Program-made: the position numbers and the translations under genes
IMG/VR virus record: IMGVR_UViG_3300044716_000732
Location: 1-64,000 of that record
DNA from: a virus
Direction: 5' to 3' (one strand)
Length of the DNA stretch: 64,000 nt
Notes under the pieces: model-generated
Seen by the model: the letters and a program-made list of their open reading frames with translations, nothing else
The model's database searches: none
What the model was told of the DNA's origin: nothing
Part shown: positions 1-11,700 of the stretch, piece by piece
How the letters are laid out: every line of letters starts with the position of its first letter
Position numbering within the stretch: the stretch's first letter is position 1

Positions 1-739
1 TTGATGTAGGAGTACTGGTTGGAGTGCTGGTTGGAGTATCGGTTGGAGTATCGGTTGGAGTGCTGGTTGGTGTTGATGTAGGAGTACTGGTTGGAGTGCT
101 GGTTGGAGTGCTAGTTGGAGTGCTAGTTGGAGTGCTAGTTGGAGTGCTAGTTGGAGTGCTAGTTGGTGTTGATGTAGGAGTACTGGTTGGAGTATCGGTT
201 GGAGTGCTAGTTGGTGTTGATGTAGGAGTACTGGTAGGAGTACTGGTTGGAGTGCTGGTTGGAGTATCGGTTGGAGTATCGGTTGGAGTGCTGGTTGGTG
301 TTGATGTAGGAGTACTGGTTGGAGTGCTGGTTGGAGTACTTGTTGGAGTACTAGTGGGTGTTGAAGTTGGAGTACTAGTGGGTGTTGAAGTTGGAGTACT
401 AGTGGGTGTTGATGTTGGTGTTGGTGTATAATCCGGTGGTATTAAATTTTTAACAGAAACATTTAAACTGCTTTGATTGTTTAAATTTACACCTGTATTA
501 ATATTTAAATTAGAAATAGTTCGATCTAAAGTAACAGAATTTTCAGTAACACTCTGAACATTTCTATTTAAGTTTGAAAGTGCAGAATCTAAAGATTTGT
601 TTTCAGTAACATTCTGAACATTTCTATTTAAATTAGAAAAATTAGGTTCTATTTTTCTAAGACTATCTACATTATTTCTGTTTATGAATTTTTTATTATC
701 AAATCCATATTTTGAAATAGTTATAGAATCTTTTCTCAT
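1..739 (-). CDS. Pro/Thr/Ser-rich (PTST)n protein, probably virion-associated; runs off the left edge
   Basis: ATG at 739 (MRKDSITISKYGF...) stays open into a 12-bp tandem repeat encoding PTST/PTDT; the + strand ORF 24..431 is its shadow. Confidence 0.8.
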   Translation of the reverse strand, partial: MRKDSITISKYGFDNKKFINRNNVDSLRKIEPNFSNLNRNVQNVTENKSLDSALSNLNRNVQSVTENSVTLDRTISNLNINTGVNLNNQSSLNVSVKNLIPPDYTPTPTSTPTSTPTSTPTSTPTSTPTSTPTSTPTSTPTSTPTSTPTSTPTDTPTDTPTSTPTSTPTSTPTSTPTSTPTDTPTSTPTSTPTSTPTSTPTSTPTSTPTSTPTSTPTSTPTSTPTSTPTDTPTDTPTSTPTSTPTS

Positions 740-755
740 TTACATACTTATAGTA

Positions 756-1157
756 TTATCCACCAACTGGTGTTTCGAGTTTTCTGGCAGAACCAAAAAT
801 AGAAGGAAGTTTATAACCTTTTTGTTGTATCAAATCTGTTACTCTTTGTTTTTCAACTTCGTTTTTTGAATTGGAAACTTTTAATAATAATTCTTTATCT
901 ACTGGTGGTTCATTTGTATGATTTCCTACTGCTAAATTACTTAAATCACTTCTTAGTTTTTCAAATGCGCCTTGTTCACTCAATTCTGGATTTGTGATAC
1001 TTTCGATACCTGCTCTATCCATATCCTGTGCATTAACATCTTTTGGTGTTCCCCCAATAGCCATTATTGCTGCTAATGCAGCAGCAGGAAGAAATCCCTT
1101 TTCGTTTAAAACTTCTTCGTATGCATTTTCCAATAGAATTTGATCTTTACTTCTCAT
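756..1157 (-). CDS. hypothetical protein with MRSKDQILLE N-terminal tag (putative internal head protein)
   Basis: ORF; N-terminus shared with 38481, 41833 and 53169. Confidence 0.75.
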   Translation of the reverse strand: MRSKDQILLENAYEEVLNEKGFLPAAALAAIMAIGGTPKDVNAQDMDRAGIESITNPELSEQGAFEKLRSDLSNLAVGNHTNEPPVDKELLLKVSNSKNEVEKQRVTDLIQQKGYKLPSIFGSARKLETPVGG

Positions 1158-1168
1158 ATGTTATATAC

Positions 1169-1630
1169 TTATGTTAAGTAAGCCAAGATCTCGTATCTTT
1201 TTTTAGTTTCCACACCGTCTTCCAGTGCTTCTAAATTCTCCCATGTGAAGCTAATTCTGGAATTTTCTATCTCTTGACCTTCTATGAATGGATTGTCTGT
1301 CTTTCTTCTAAAAACCAAAAGAGCATTACCTTCTGGACCCATTATCATATCTCCTGTAACCATGTCTAAACTAAATCCACACAGGTCTAATATGTTTCCC
1401 AATTCGTGTAAACCTTTGCTTATGCTATCTACCTTGAGATTACCACCGAGCATTTTGCTTTTATGAATTTGATTGGTTACTTTAATTCTTTCTCTTTTGG
1501 AAAGCTTGGGACTATCTATAACAAAATCTTGTACCTCTTCCTTTTCCTCAAAAAGATTTTCCAGATATTCATTTCTTTTTTGCAAAAGATTCGACATCAT
1601 TTCTTCGTAAACTTTTTTAATTGTTTTCAT
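1169..1630 (-). CDS. hypothetical phage protein
   Basis: 153-aa ORF tightly packed in a minus-strand operon. Confidence 0.7.
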   Translation of the reverse strand: MKTIKKVYEEMMSNLLQKRNEYLENLFEEKEEVQDFVIDSPKLSKRERIKVTNQIHKSKMLGGNLKVDSISKGLHELGNILDLCGFSLDMVTGDMIMGPEGNALLVFRRKTDNPFIEGQEIENSRISFTWENLEALEDGVETKKRYEILAYLT

Positions 1631-2508
1631 ATATTTTCCAAAGTTTTTATAACCTCGCTGAATGCATTTGGTTTTCTTGTTCCTGCTCTACCACCCTTTC
1701 CATAGGTTCCGGTGCTTACACCTTGTATTTCAGATGGATACAATTGTTTAAATGCCTTTTCGGCTTCTTTACTTCTCAATGCATCTTTAACAAATTCCAA
1801 AGACTGTCCTCTTAATTCTTTTGGTTTCCATTGTGGGGGCATTTCTTCTCCATCAATATAGTATACAGGAGGATGTTCTGTCATATTTTTACCTGTCATT
1901 CTATACATTTGCCTGTTTAGAGGAGGCTGAGATAGTGCAGATGGTCCCACATTTCCATTTGAAACCGATACATATGTACGCCAAGGATGCCCTTCAGAAT
2001 CAAAATAATATACATCTACTGTAGAATCAGCAACTTCTTTAATGGATCTTTCTTGTGTATTACCGTTCAGGTAATCAACAATTGCCTTTAATGCATAATA
2101 ATATGGTTTATCGTCTTCTCCATATTTGGCTTTCCATTCGTCTATACTTTTCGATTCTCCACCCAATTCTGATTTTAATATTAAACCAAAGTCTTTACCT
2201 GCTTTTTTTGCCACAAGTAATACTTCCCTCAAGAATTCTCCTTTGGACAAAGTATTAGCAATAACTCCTGTATCGGGAAATTCTCTCACAGTATTAAACA
2301 AGTCAGATAATACACTGTGATCCATTGGATTTCTTTTAAATGTATTATATAAAGATAAAATTTTCTTTTCTGCTTCTTCTGATTTTACTTCTGGAATAGC
2401 AGATCCTTTTCTTGTTCCAACATTACCCATTATACTAGGTCTTTTAGACTTGTATACCGCTTCATTAAATATGTTTAGATACTGACTTGTTAATATATCG
2501 AATTTCAT
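1627..2508 (-). CDS. hypothetical phage protein
   Basis: 293-aa ORF, 4-bp overlap with the next gene, TAAATA upstream. Confidence 0.75.
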   Translation of the reverse strand: MKFDILTSQYLNIFNEAVYKSKRPSIMGNVGTRKGSAIPEVKSEEAEKKILSLYNTFKRNPMDHSVLSDLFNTVREFPDTGVIANTLSKGEFLREVLLVAKKAGKDFGLILKSELGGESKSIDEWKAKYGEDDKPYYYALKAIVDYLNGNTQERSIKEVADSTVDVYYFDSEGHPWRTYVSVSNGNVGPSALSQPPLNRQMYRMTGKNMTEHPPVYYIDGEEMPPQWKPKELRGQSLEFVKDALRSKEAEKAFKQLYPSEIQGVSTGTYGKGGRAGTRKPNAFSEVIKTLENI

Positions 2509-2759
2509 TAGCTTATAGATATATTTACAACTATAATGTAAAAAAAACTATATTTTTATTCTTGTAACAATCCAATCATAAATCCTTTTAATAAAATTTT
2601 TATTATTTATTTATTTTCTTTTTGGATTTAAACACTTTAGTAAATCATTTTTAAATTCTACCGAATCTTCTATTTTAACCTTGTTAATATCCTTTGGTTC
2701 ATATTTTTCCAAACCATCTTCCTTTGCCAAAATATTAACATAGTCTTGTATTTGTGGTT

Positions 2760-3005
2760 TCATAAATCCCATTCCAAATTATATTTTCTTGCTTCTTCGT
2801 TAAAACCTTCTTCGTGCATATAATAACCAATAAAATCTAAAAATTCTTGATTCAAGGTTTTCTTTGAGGCAACTTCCAATTTAAAACTATTATAACTTTC
2901 ATTTATAATCTTTACATTACATTTGATTCCTCTCATTATAATATTTACATTATAATAGCCATTTGGATTTTGTGGATATCCTCCTTTATTTTTTTGTTTT
3001 TTCAT
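2760..3005 (-). CDS. hypothetical protein
   Basis: ORF in operon. Confidence 0.55.
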   Translation of the reverse strand: MKKQKNKGGYPQNPNGYYNVNIIMRGIKCNVKIINESYNSFKLEVASKKTLNQEFLDFIGYYMHEEGFNEEARKYNLEWDL

Positions 3006-3507
3006 AAAATTTTGAAAATTTCTTAATTCTACATGAACAATTTTTTCTTATTGAGCATTTATCACATGTTCTGTCATTGTTCAGGTATATATCTGGTCTT
3101 ATGCACATATTTTTTGTCAATTCCACACATGCTTCTTTATTCTTAACCAAGTCTATAACAATTCTCTCTTTATGTAAATCAATTTTTGGTAAATTTGCAC
3201 GTATTTCTTCTATTCTCCGTTCCCTTTCTTCAATAGTTTCTGGTACATATTCTTTTTTTTTCTTTTCGGTTGGATAGAATTGTTCTTTACATGATTTACA
3301 AATAGTTTCGGTTAATATTCTTTTTGGATCAGAATCACACGCATCAAATATAATTTTTTTACCTCTACCTTTCAAAGATATTTGAAAGAATTTACACTTT
3401 GAACACATGATTTTATCATGTGGAAATTTATTATGTGTTTCGTAATAAGCTATCCATTTCTTAATATCTTCAAATTGATCAATAGGTAATTGTTTTTTCT
3501 TCTTCAT
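2986..3507 (-). CDS. Cys-rich putative zinc-binding protein
   Basis: CxxC pairs CSKC, CKSC, CDKC. Confidence 0.65.
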   Translation of the reverse strand: MKKKKQLPIDQFEDIKKWIAYYETHNKFPHDKIMCSKCKFFQISLKGRGKKIIFDACDSDPKRILTETICKSCKEQFYPTEKKKKEYVPETIEERERRIEEIRANLPKIDLHKERIVIDLVKNKEACVELTKNMCIRPDIYLNNDRTCDKCSIRKNCSCRIKKFSKFYEKTKK

Positions 3508-3623
3508 TTATTAACACTTATATCAAAAATTATTTTTTTACAAAAATAAACATCGAAAAATTTAAATATATTTTTCGTATATGAGGTCTGAGATATATCA
3601 GACTTTATTAAAGTATCTGGTTT

Positions 3624-3824
3624 TTATCGTGGCATTTCTACCAAATCAAAATTAACAGTTGCGAAGTTTGCGCTCTTGTTTTGTAAAGAATGACTTATAA
3701 CATTAAACCCTCTTTTGTTATATGAGTCAATTACTTTTTGAATTTCGGTATTGATGAATCTTTCTCTGTCACCGAAAGTTAAGTTTTGGTTTTTTATTTC
3801 TATTTTTACTATTTCTTTTATCAT
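3624..3824 (-). CDS. hypothetical protein
   Basis: ORF in operon. Confidence 0.6.
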   Translation of the reverse strand: MIKEIVKIEIKNQNLTFGDRERFINTEIQKVIDSYNKRGFNVISHSLQNKSANFATVNFDLVEMPR

Positions 3825-3826
3825 AA

Positions 3827-4576
3827 TTATTTAAAAAATTTGGAAAACGGACACTTTGATTCCGTTTCATTATTTACAATCTTATATTGTTTTGGTGTAT
3901 GGAAATAATCTTTGTATCTATCAAAAGCTTGTGTTGTTGCCTTTCTCCATTTATAAAACAAAGATGGAATGCTTGATGAAACATATGCCATAAAATTTTC
4001 TCTTTTAATTGGAATACATTGTGCTATAGGTGTTCCTTTTTTGATTATACCATTAAAATCTTTTCTTATCATGAATGGGAATGATATAGATACTGGATGT
4101 TTGTCGGTATCTACGATTCCACTGAATGTAGTAAATGGCAAATCGTGATGCATGGGAGAAACAAAAAGAGTAGACCATCCTTTTTTAGTTTTAATAATCC
4201 ATGGATTATTCCATTTTAATATTATAGGATTATATTCATCCGGTATTGGATACATAAAATATTGACTAATGTCATGTCTATATATTACCTCAAAATTCCC
4301 ACAATAAGATTGATTTATATGAGTAATGTCATTATTTTCCTGTGATATGTGTACATCATATGGTAGAGGTATCATATAACCAGATGTTAAAGAATCCCTA
4401 AATGGTACACATCTTTTTATGGTTAAATTTGGATTACCATTAGCTCCTATGTATTTTTCATCACTCGTAAAAGACGGCATATCCTTAAACCATTCTGGAA
4501 TAACCTTACCAGAAGGTTGTGGATAAGGAAAATCGGAAAAAACTTCTTCTGATGAAGCAATAAAATTAATTTTCAT
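3827..4576 (-). CDS. conserved phage protein (beta-rich; common in aquatic phages)
   Basis: motifs PEWFK, TIKRCVPF..SGY, KWNNPW.IKT, GIVDTD, KKGTPIAQ. Confidence 0.7.
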   Translation of the reverse strand: MKINFIASSEEVFSDFPYPQPSGKVIPEWFKDMPSFTSDEKYIGANGNPNLTIKRCVPFRDSLTSGYMIPLPYDVHISQENNDITHINQSYCGNFEVIYRHDISQYFMYPIPDEYNPIILKWNNPWIIKTKKGWSTLFVSPMHHDLPFTTFSGIVDTDKHPVSISFPFMIRKDFNGIIKKGTPIAQCIPIKRENFMAYVSSSIPSLFYKWRKATTQAFDRYKDYFHTPKQYKIVNNETESKCPFSKFFK

Positions 4577-4589
4577 TCAACGGATGATA

Positions 4590-5030
4590 TCAAATATTAG
4601 CTGTTGTGTCAATCTTTTTAAAAGCCAATGTAACAACTCTAGTGTTGTCATAATTTACTTCTGTCATACTAGCAAAGTAATATCCATCATATTTTATTTG
4701 ATTATTATCAAAACTTCCAATAGTTGTGTCTGGATTAATCTCATTATCAGGAGATGTCAATGCTGGTTTTTCTTCTTCTATATATGTATATCCAAAATTT
4801 TCAACATCTATTTTAAAAGATTTTTTCATTTCTTCTTTAGTTTTAAAGAATAATTTCCAGAGTGGAACATTACAAAGTAAATTTAAGGCATATGCTCTAG
4901 TGGAGCAAGAATTACAATATTCCGGTTCTTTTATAAAGAATGTAATAAACTTGGAATGTATTATACATCTAACCAAGTCACCTAAGCCTTCTACATATCT
5001 AAATTTAAAAAGTGGATTTTTAAGTTTCAT
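4590..5030 (-). CDS. hypothetical protein (GLGD...CxxC..R..LN motif)
   Basis: ORF in operon. Confidence 0.65.
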   Translation of the reverse strand: MKLKNPLFKFRYVEGLGDLVRCIIHSKFITFFIKEPEYCNSCSTRAYALNLLCNVPLWKLFFKTKEEMKKSFKIDVENFGYTYIEEEKPALTSPDNEINPDTTIGSFDNNQIKYDGYYFASMTEVNYDNTRVVTLAFKKIDTTANI

Positions 5031-5406
5031 GTTGTTTTTTATTTGATAATTTTAAAAGATTTAAATATGTTTCATTGTTTTCAAAACATTGTATATAATC
5101 TTTAACCATTAACTCGAATGGCATTTGACAATTTTTATTTTGTTTAGCTGTTATAAATAATTGTTTTAACAATATTGAAATGAAAAAATTAAATGGATAT
5201 TTGTCATTGAAGAAATTTTCATTTAAAACATTGGAATATGGAACATCTTCTAATTTAACCATTTCACCATCATCGTAATTACCATTCCATCTCCATTTTA
5301 AAATATCGGATTTTTCTATTGGTATTTCTTTAGAAAGAAAAGGATTTTCTAATTTTTGGTCACTATAACTTATAAAATTTTTATCAGAATCAAAAATAGC
5401 ATACAT
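5020..5406 (-). CDS. hypothetical protein, possibly tail-assembly associated
   Basis: ORF downstream of the tail-like paralogs. Confidence 0.6.
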   Translation of the reverse strand: MYAIFDSDKNFISYSDQKLENPFLSKEIPIEKSDILKWRWNGNYDDGEMVKLEDVPYSNVLNENFFNDKYPFNFFISILLKQLFITAKQNKNCQMPFELMVKDYIQCFENNETYLNLLKLSNKKQHET

Positions 5407-5412
5407 ATAGTA

Positions 5413-6042
5413 TTATGTTACCAAATATTCTGTAAATGTCCACGAATTAGTTGATGAGTCAACTTTAAATTTCGCTATTCTTATTTCTTTTATGAAAACG
5501 TCTTTTTTTCTGCCAACAAAATTAAAAACTTTATTTACAATACCAAAATCAAAAGACTCTAATGTTACACTATTTTCACCAACATTATTACTATACAATA
5601 AAAATATAATATTGGCTATTGAATTAGAAGGAAAATTTTTTGCTGGATATAAAGAATTTAATTTATTTAAACCAAAAACACTCAATGTATCATTTGGATA
5701 ATTTACATCTATGTACATTTTTATAATTCCATCGGCTTGATATATATTAATTGGAAATGTAAAAGTTATTTCTCTTTTTTGCCAAGCACTACTTAAATAT
5801 TTTGTAGTGGTTGTAGCTAAATTAAAATTAGTAGGATATTCAAAGTAATCAGCAAATGCATTAAAATTACTTATATTTTCTGATAAATCAGAAAATCTTG
5901 AATAGAAATCATCCGGTTTTTGAAAAAATTGAGAGGATATATTGCATACATTTGTATCTAAAGATAATGTATTATAATTAATCTTACCTAAAGAATCTCC
6001 TACGCAATCACTTAAATTTATAATATTTATTAATTTATTCAT
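5413..6042 (-). CDS. putative virion/tail protein, paralog 3
   Basis: N-terminal DCVGDSLGKINYN motif shared with its neighbours; ATG at 6042. Confidence 0.7.
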   Translation of the reverse strand: MNKLINIINLSDCVGDSLGKINYNTLSLDTNVCNISSQFFQKPDDFYSRFSDLSENISNFNAFADYFEYPTNFNLATTTTKYLSSAWQKREITFTFPINIYQADGIIKMYIDVNYPNDTLSVFGLNKLNSLYPAKNFPSNSIANIIFLLYSNNVGENSVTLESFDFGIVNKVFNFVGRKKDVFIKEIRIAKFKVDSSTNSWTFTEYLVT

Positions 6043-6043
6043 T

Positions 6044-6814
6044 TTATGGTAATTGTTTTTGTAAAACCCATTCGCAATCTTCAACTTTCATTACTAGTGT
6101 ATATATGTTATCGTTTTCGCTTCTATCTTTAAAATATTGATCTATATTTGCTGTACCCGTTCTTGTTTCTGTTTTTGAACCACCTGTATATGAACATGTA
6201 GCGTTTTTTGTTTGACCACAAGAACCTGCAATTGCTCCGCATACATTACCAGATCTACCACAGCTTACATTACCATTATATGTAACAGCACACGTAATAG
6301 TAACCGATACATCGTTTGTAACACAGCCAACAGCTTCTATTTTTTTTAATATATTGTTTCCTGTTCTATCTATTCTTACTTCTTCTTTATAAAACATGAT
6401 ATACACATATGCCACAGAATTTTCTACAAAATTTGTTTTTGATGTATTTGTATTTTTTACCGGATATTTTTGGTTAAACCAAGTAGTAACGGTATTGATG
6501 TGTGTTTGTATGTTATTGCTATTAAATTCAAATACATTTGGATATATTATAACAATAGGTTTTATAAATTTGGCACTATTGGTTTCAACTATGGTAGAAA
6601 AGGAAGTTAATCTTTCTGCTGCATTTATACTGTTAGCAAAATTAATACTAGATTTCCAAAAATTGCTATAAAAATCATAAAACTCTACTAATGGTTTATA
6701 ATATCTATCACTACTTAATAATATATTATTAGTCCAAGTTTCTAATTCGTTAAAATTTATATTGATACTAGATAAGGAATTTCCTATACAATCATTGTGA
6801 TTTAATTTATGCAT
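6044..6814 (-). CDS. putative virion/tail protein, paralog 2 (Cys-rich C-terminal insert)
   Basis: DCIGNSLSSININF motif. Confidence 0.7.
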   Translation of the reverse strand: MHKLNHNDCIGNSLSSININFNELETWTNNILLSSDRYYKPLVEFYDFYSNFWKSSINFANSINAAERLTSFSTIVETNSAKFIKPIVIIYPNVFEFNSNNIQTHINTVTTWFNQKYPVKNTNTSKTNFVENSVAYVYIMFYKEEVRIDRTGNNILKKIEAVGCVTNDVSVTITCAVTYNGNVSCGRSGNVCGAIAGSCGQTKNATCSYTGGSKTETRTGTANIDQYFKDRSENDNIYTLVMKVEDCEWVLQKQLP

Positions 6815-6816
6815 TT

Positions 6817-7602
6817 TTATATTTTTATTATTGTATCATCTACTCTTTTATATTTTAAGGATATTACTCTTGTTAAACTTTTATCAACACTTGATTCATT
6901 ATGTGACAATACAACATCTCGATTATTTTTATTTGGACAGTTTATATTACTATTTCCAATAATTGTTGCACTAGCTAGTCCGCAATATGATGCTGCATCA
7001 TGACATGCGCCATCTCGTTGTTCTTGTCCGTTTACTCTAACGTGATTGCAATTAAATTGTGGTTTTGGACAACCACATCCAGCAGAAGGTTTATTTTGAT
7101 TTTGTGGTACGCAGCTTTCGTAATATGTTTTATAAAAACTCCAAGTAAAACTTTCATTTCTTGAAAGATATAAATCTACATTTATAATTTGACCATTTAC
7201 CAAATTGGAAATAAAATTTGATGTCAACCAATTTTTAATTTGATTTTGATATGTTGTTTGACTTGCGTAATATGTTGGTAAATCTATAATTTTGTTATAT
7301 ATTACATTTAAATCAGTATCCCAATAAGAACTTAATGTTTTAACAGTAGTCTCTGCGCTAAACCATCCCGCAGATAGTGTTTGAAAGTTACTTATAGCTC
7401 TTATCCATCTTGCACTATTGTTAGAAAAATTTGAATATAATGCATTAAAATTGTTAGAATATTTTTGTAAACTATTTAAATTTGTAGATAATGTTACTAC
7501 ATTTGTATTAATAATTTCAAAAGAATTTGCTAAACAAAGTCTTTCATCAATCAAATATACATTTGAGCAAGTTTCATCATCTTTTTTAAATTCTAAAGCC
7601 AT
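6817..7602 (-). CDS. putative virion/tail protein, paralog 1 (Cys-rich C-terminal insert)
   Basis: LCLANSFEIINTN motif. Confidence 0.7.
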   Translation of the reverse strand: MALEFKKDDETCSNVYLIDERLCLANSFEIINTNVVTLSTNLNSLQKYSNNFNALYSNFSNNSARWIRAISNFQTLSAGWFSAETTVKTLSSYWDTDLNVIYNKIIDLPTYYASQTTYQNQIKNWLTSNFISNLVNGQIINVDLYLSRNESFTWSFYKTYYESCVPQNQNKPSAGCGCPKPQFNCNHVRVNGQEQRDGACHDAASYCGLASATIIGNSNINCPNKNNRDVVLSHNESSVDKSLTRVISLKYKRVDDTIIKI

Positions 7603-7648
7603 TATATTATAATATATTTAACACTAAAAACTATTTTATCAATACTAG

Positions 7649-8458
7649 TTATTTTTTAATGCCTTTCATATATTCCTTTTCATCATACCATGTTGGGTAT
7701 ACTGTATTGAATCCAACTGTACATCTTAATTGTGGATATTCTGGACCAGAACCATATGTTATTACGAATTGTTTTTGATTCTGTTGTTGTGTTGTCTGTT
7801 GTGTTGTCTGTTGTTGCTGTTTTTTTTGCCAATTTGTAGTTATTGTATCAGAAGCATTTTTATTAAGTGCTTTTTTAGTATTAATATCGATCCATATTTT
7901 TTTATTAGCATCGTATTTATATTGTTTTCCGCTTTTTTTAGAAGTAACGGTTGTTCCGTCCGGTGGTTCCAACGGTGGCTGTGACGGTGTTGGTGTAGGT
8001 TGCTGAGTAGGTGTAGGTTGTGGTTTTTGTTGACCTTGATCGTAATGTGTTCTTAATAAAAAATCTCTGGTTGTTATCACACCATCTGTATATTCTGGTT
8101 TAGTAGTTTCAAAATAAGAAACGAATTTTGAAGGATCGGGATCTCTGTTTATTATTTCTATTTCCCATTGACCCTCGTTATCAATATCACTAACAACTTT
8201 TGCAATTACACCTACGCTTTTAACCATTGCACCCGAATTAGGAGCAACAATTATTTGACCTTTTTTGGGTTTATTTTTTACACTTAATGGATTTAAATTT
8301 TTATCACCTTCAAAAAATTTACCTTCTAATCCCTTTTGAAAACCACTTTGAAATGATCTGGCAAAATCTAGTATTTCATTCAAAAATATTTGATCAAAGT
8401 TTTTAGCTTCGTTTAGTGCTTTTTTATAATATATATCGAAGATGTTTTTATCTTGCAT
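7649..8458 (-). CDS. hypothetical protein with P/Q/T-rich linkers
   Basis: 269-aa ORF; N-terminus ends ...ALNEA. Confidence 0.7.
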   Translation of the reverse strand: MQDKNIFDIYYKKALNEAKNFDQIFLNEILDFARSFQSGFQKGLEGKFFEGDKNLNPLSVKNKPKKGQIIVAPNSGAMVKSVGVIAKVVSDIDNEGQWEIEIINRDPDPSKFVSYFETTKPEYTDGVITTRDFLLRTHYDQGQQKPQPTPTQQPTPTPSQPPLEPPDGTTVTSKKSGKQYKYDANKKIWIDINTKKALNKNASDTITTNWQKKQQQQTTQQTTQQQNQKQFVITYGSGPEYPQLRCTVGFNTVYPTWYDEKEYMKGIKK

Positions 8459-8705
8459 AAATATATTTATAACTTCTATATAAAATATGGCTATAAAAAT
8501 TGAACTTTTTGACAGTTACGAAATAAATGGTAAAACCTACACTGGAAATTTTCCAATTTATTCATCAGATGCAGTTTGTATTAAACCATCTTATATTGAT
8601 TATGAAAATCAATTGCAATTAGATTTAGAAGAAACCAACGAAGACGAGTGATTTTTAATACAGGTATATTAAGGATTTTAAGATAAATATCTTTAATCAT
8701 TTAAA

Positions 8706-11700
8706 ATGTCTTCTGATAAACAAAATCCATACAGCTACAAAATTTGGTTCTCTTTACAGGAGAACAATCTTACAGATGATCCACAAAAATTGTACATGGA
8801 TTATTTAAAAGAATGGTATCTAACTAATAATAAAAAATTAATAGATCCAAAACAAAAAATTAAAGATGAGTATATTCAATTAATTAAAGATTTGAGTTTT
8901 CTTTTTAATAAAGACGAAAAAGATAAATTTTTACAATCTATAGATTATAATAATAAAGAAGAATTGATATATAATATTCCTCTTTTTGCAAAAAAATTAA
9001 AAGAAATAGCAAAAGTTTTAAATGCAAAAAGAACATCTATAAAAAATTCAAAATTAAAATATAGTTTAATAGGATCTAATGATGGAGTTGAAACATTGTT
9101 TTATGAGTATCTATTGAGATCATTTACTACAAGTGAAAATTCAATAACCCAAATACCTACGACATCATTAAAATATGAGTTTCCTTCTTTATCTGCTGTA
9201 AAAGGTGATTTCTTCATAGAGATAGAAGAATTATATGACACCAACAATTATTTGGATTCTGATCCGGAAATAAATGTGTCAGAGTATTTAAATGTTGATG
9301 ATATATTAAATGAATATCCATTCGAAGATTTAACCGAAAATGATATAGTTGGTATTTTAAATTCCAGATTTGTACCAAGAGCAACGGACAATACTTTAAG
9401 TAAGATATATCAGGCATATTTAACTAGTTTAACAGGTGACATCACAACAGATGCAGAAAAAACTAAACTTTTAAATTATCAAATAAATGCATCAGAAAAA
9501 TACATGGGTGAAACTTTATATGGTTTAACCGCAATAAGATTAAAAGATTTAAATCAACCCGATTATGTATTACAAACTGGTTTCTCACAAGGTAACAACT
9601 GGTTTATTTGGCCTAGTGGAAGTAAGGTTATTGATGATACTTTAGGTGACAATTATTTAACTCCGATATTGTTAACTAATTCAAATTTAGTAAGTTCTGG
9701 TGCAACTGGTGGTAGCTCATATAAAGATTCCGATCTTATATTCACCGACAAAAACGGAACAGTAGAAGGTGCATGGTTAAGGGGACCAAGAACATATTCA
9801 CAAAAAGTTTCAACCAGTATTAATATTTTACCCAATAATATTAGAGAATTTATATATCCATATGTAGGTTATAATTTAACAACAAAAGGATTAAATTGGA
9901 TAGGTTACAGTTTAGTAGATCATGACTATAGAAATTATGATCTACTAACAAATGAACAAAAACTTAATTTGATGAAAAGGTATTACACCGAAACTTTACC
10001 TTTAAGTACATCGAATTCTTTTTATTTAAACCAATCAACTCTAGTAGATAATGGTTCAGAAGCGGGTGATAATACATTAAATGCAGATGCTATAATAAAA
10101 AGAAAACATAGAAATGTTATAGATCAGGTAGCAAATTTTTCTGTTGGGGATGACACAGAAGCTGCATTCTTATATAAATTACAAAAAACAGATATTCCAA
10201 TCTCTTTGGGTATAAACAATATATATTGGCCACTTAAAACATTTGAATCATCGGAAAATCTTCCATTGACAATAAAAAGTGATCATAGTATACCTGTACC
10301 ATTAGCTAATTTGAAGGTATCAGAAGTTATGTCCGGTGCTATTGCTGGTTTAACCTTCGAAACATCGGATGTAATTTATAAATTAAGTAATAGGTTTTCT
10401 GATCCAATTGAAGCCGCATGGTTGGGTTCTGGTTCGATTACTAATTTGGAATCAAACAATGACAAATCTATAAAGATATATGATGAAGATGCTGTGTTTT
10501 GTTCAAAATATATAAATGGTCCAACACAAGCATCTTTAAATTTAAAAATTGGTTCCGCAGAAAAAGTTTCTTTTATATGGTGCGATATAGACACACCAGC
10601 AGATGAGGTTTTCAAAAATTTTGAACATGCTCCAAATTGTGAATATGGTAAGCAATCCCATGATTATTATTCGGATCAAAATTATTTAAATCCAGAACAA
10701 TTAAATCAAACAAACCATTGGAAAAAATGTTCTTGTAAGGCTGTAAACTATTCACCAATTGGTCATATTGGAGATTCACCATTAGATTACAATACTAATT
10801 GTGATTTACTTTTTGCTGATCCAGAAGGACTTAAAGATAACTTTACTTTATTAACATGGAAAGATACCAGAGAATTAAATTATAAAAACAGTCCACAATT
10901 TGCTCATTTTAAAATTGATGGTGACGAAGACAATCCAATTGGTTGGGGTAAAGGTACATGGAAAACCGGAAGAGGAAAAAAAGATTCTTTTGGAAAAGAA
11001 GAACAATTTATACTAAAAACCGGAAGAAGATATACATACTTTAGAACATCATTAAGAAAAGATGAAACATCAAGTTTTGAAGAAACACAAACTTCACCAT
11101 ATTATATCGTAAAATATGCTTATAAAGAATTAAGAGGATTTTGTGATTCCAACAATTCTACTAATGGATCAAATACAAATAATTGTTTTGATATGTTTGT
11201 GGTATTGGATGTTAGTAAATCTCAAAAATTATCTATCGAAGATAGTAAAAATTTAGTAATAAACATATCAAAAGTATTACTAGAAAATTCAAACAACAGT
11301 ATTCAAATAGGTGTGGTTGCGTTTAATAAAGAAACTAGTATGTTATCATATCTTACTAATTCTCATGGTGGATTGGAATTTTATGTTAAAAATGTACAAT
11401 TTGAGGAAGATTTTCCAACTCATAGAACAGATATATTAAATGCTATAAAGGTCGCAGAAGATTATTTATATAATGAATTTCCAGAAAATGCTACATCTAA
11501 TTTTGATTATACTGATCTGTGCTCTAAATTAAGTACTTTGATATTAGATGATACCGCAAAATCAAAAACATTAAATTTACCAAGACCATCATGTGCAAAA
11601 AAATTGTTAATAATAAGTGACGGTGAAGAAAATGAAAGTAAAAATCAGGTAATAGATTATGCTAAGACATTAAAAACTCAAAAGAATGTAGAAATATATA

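Noticed and set aside
24-431. Val/Gly-rich + strand ORF (and 13136..13474 on the - strand)
   Set aside because: Shadow frames of PTST repeats coded on the opposite strand
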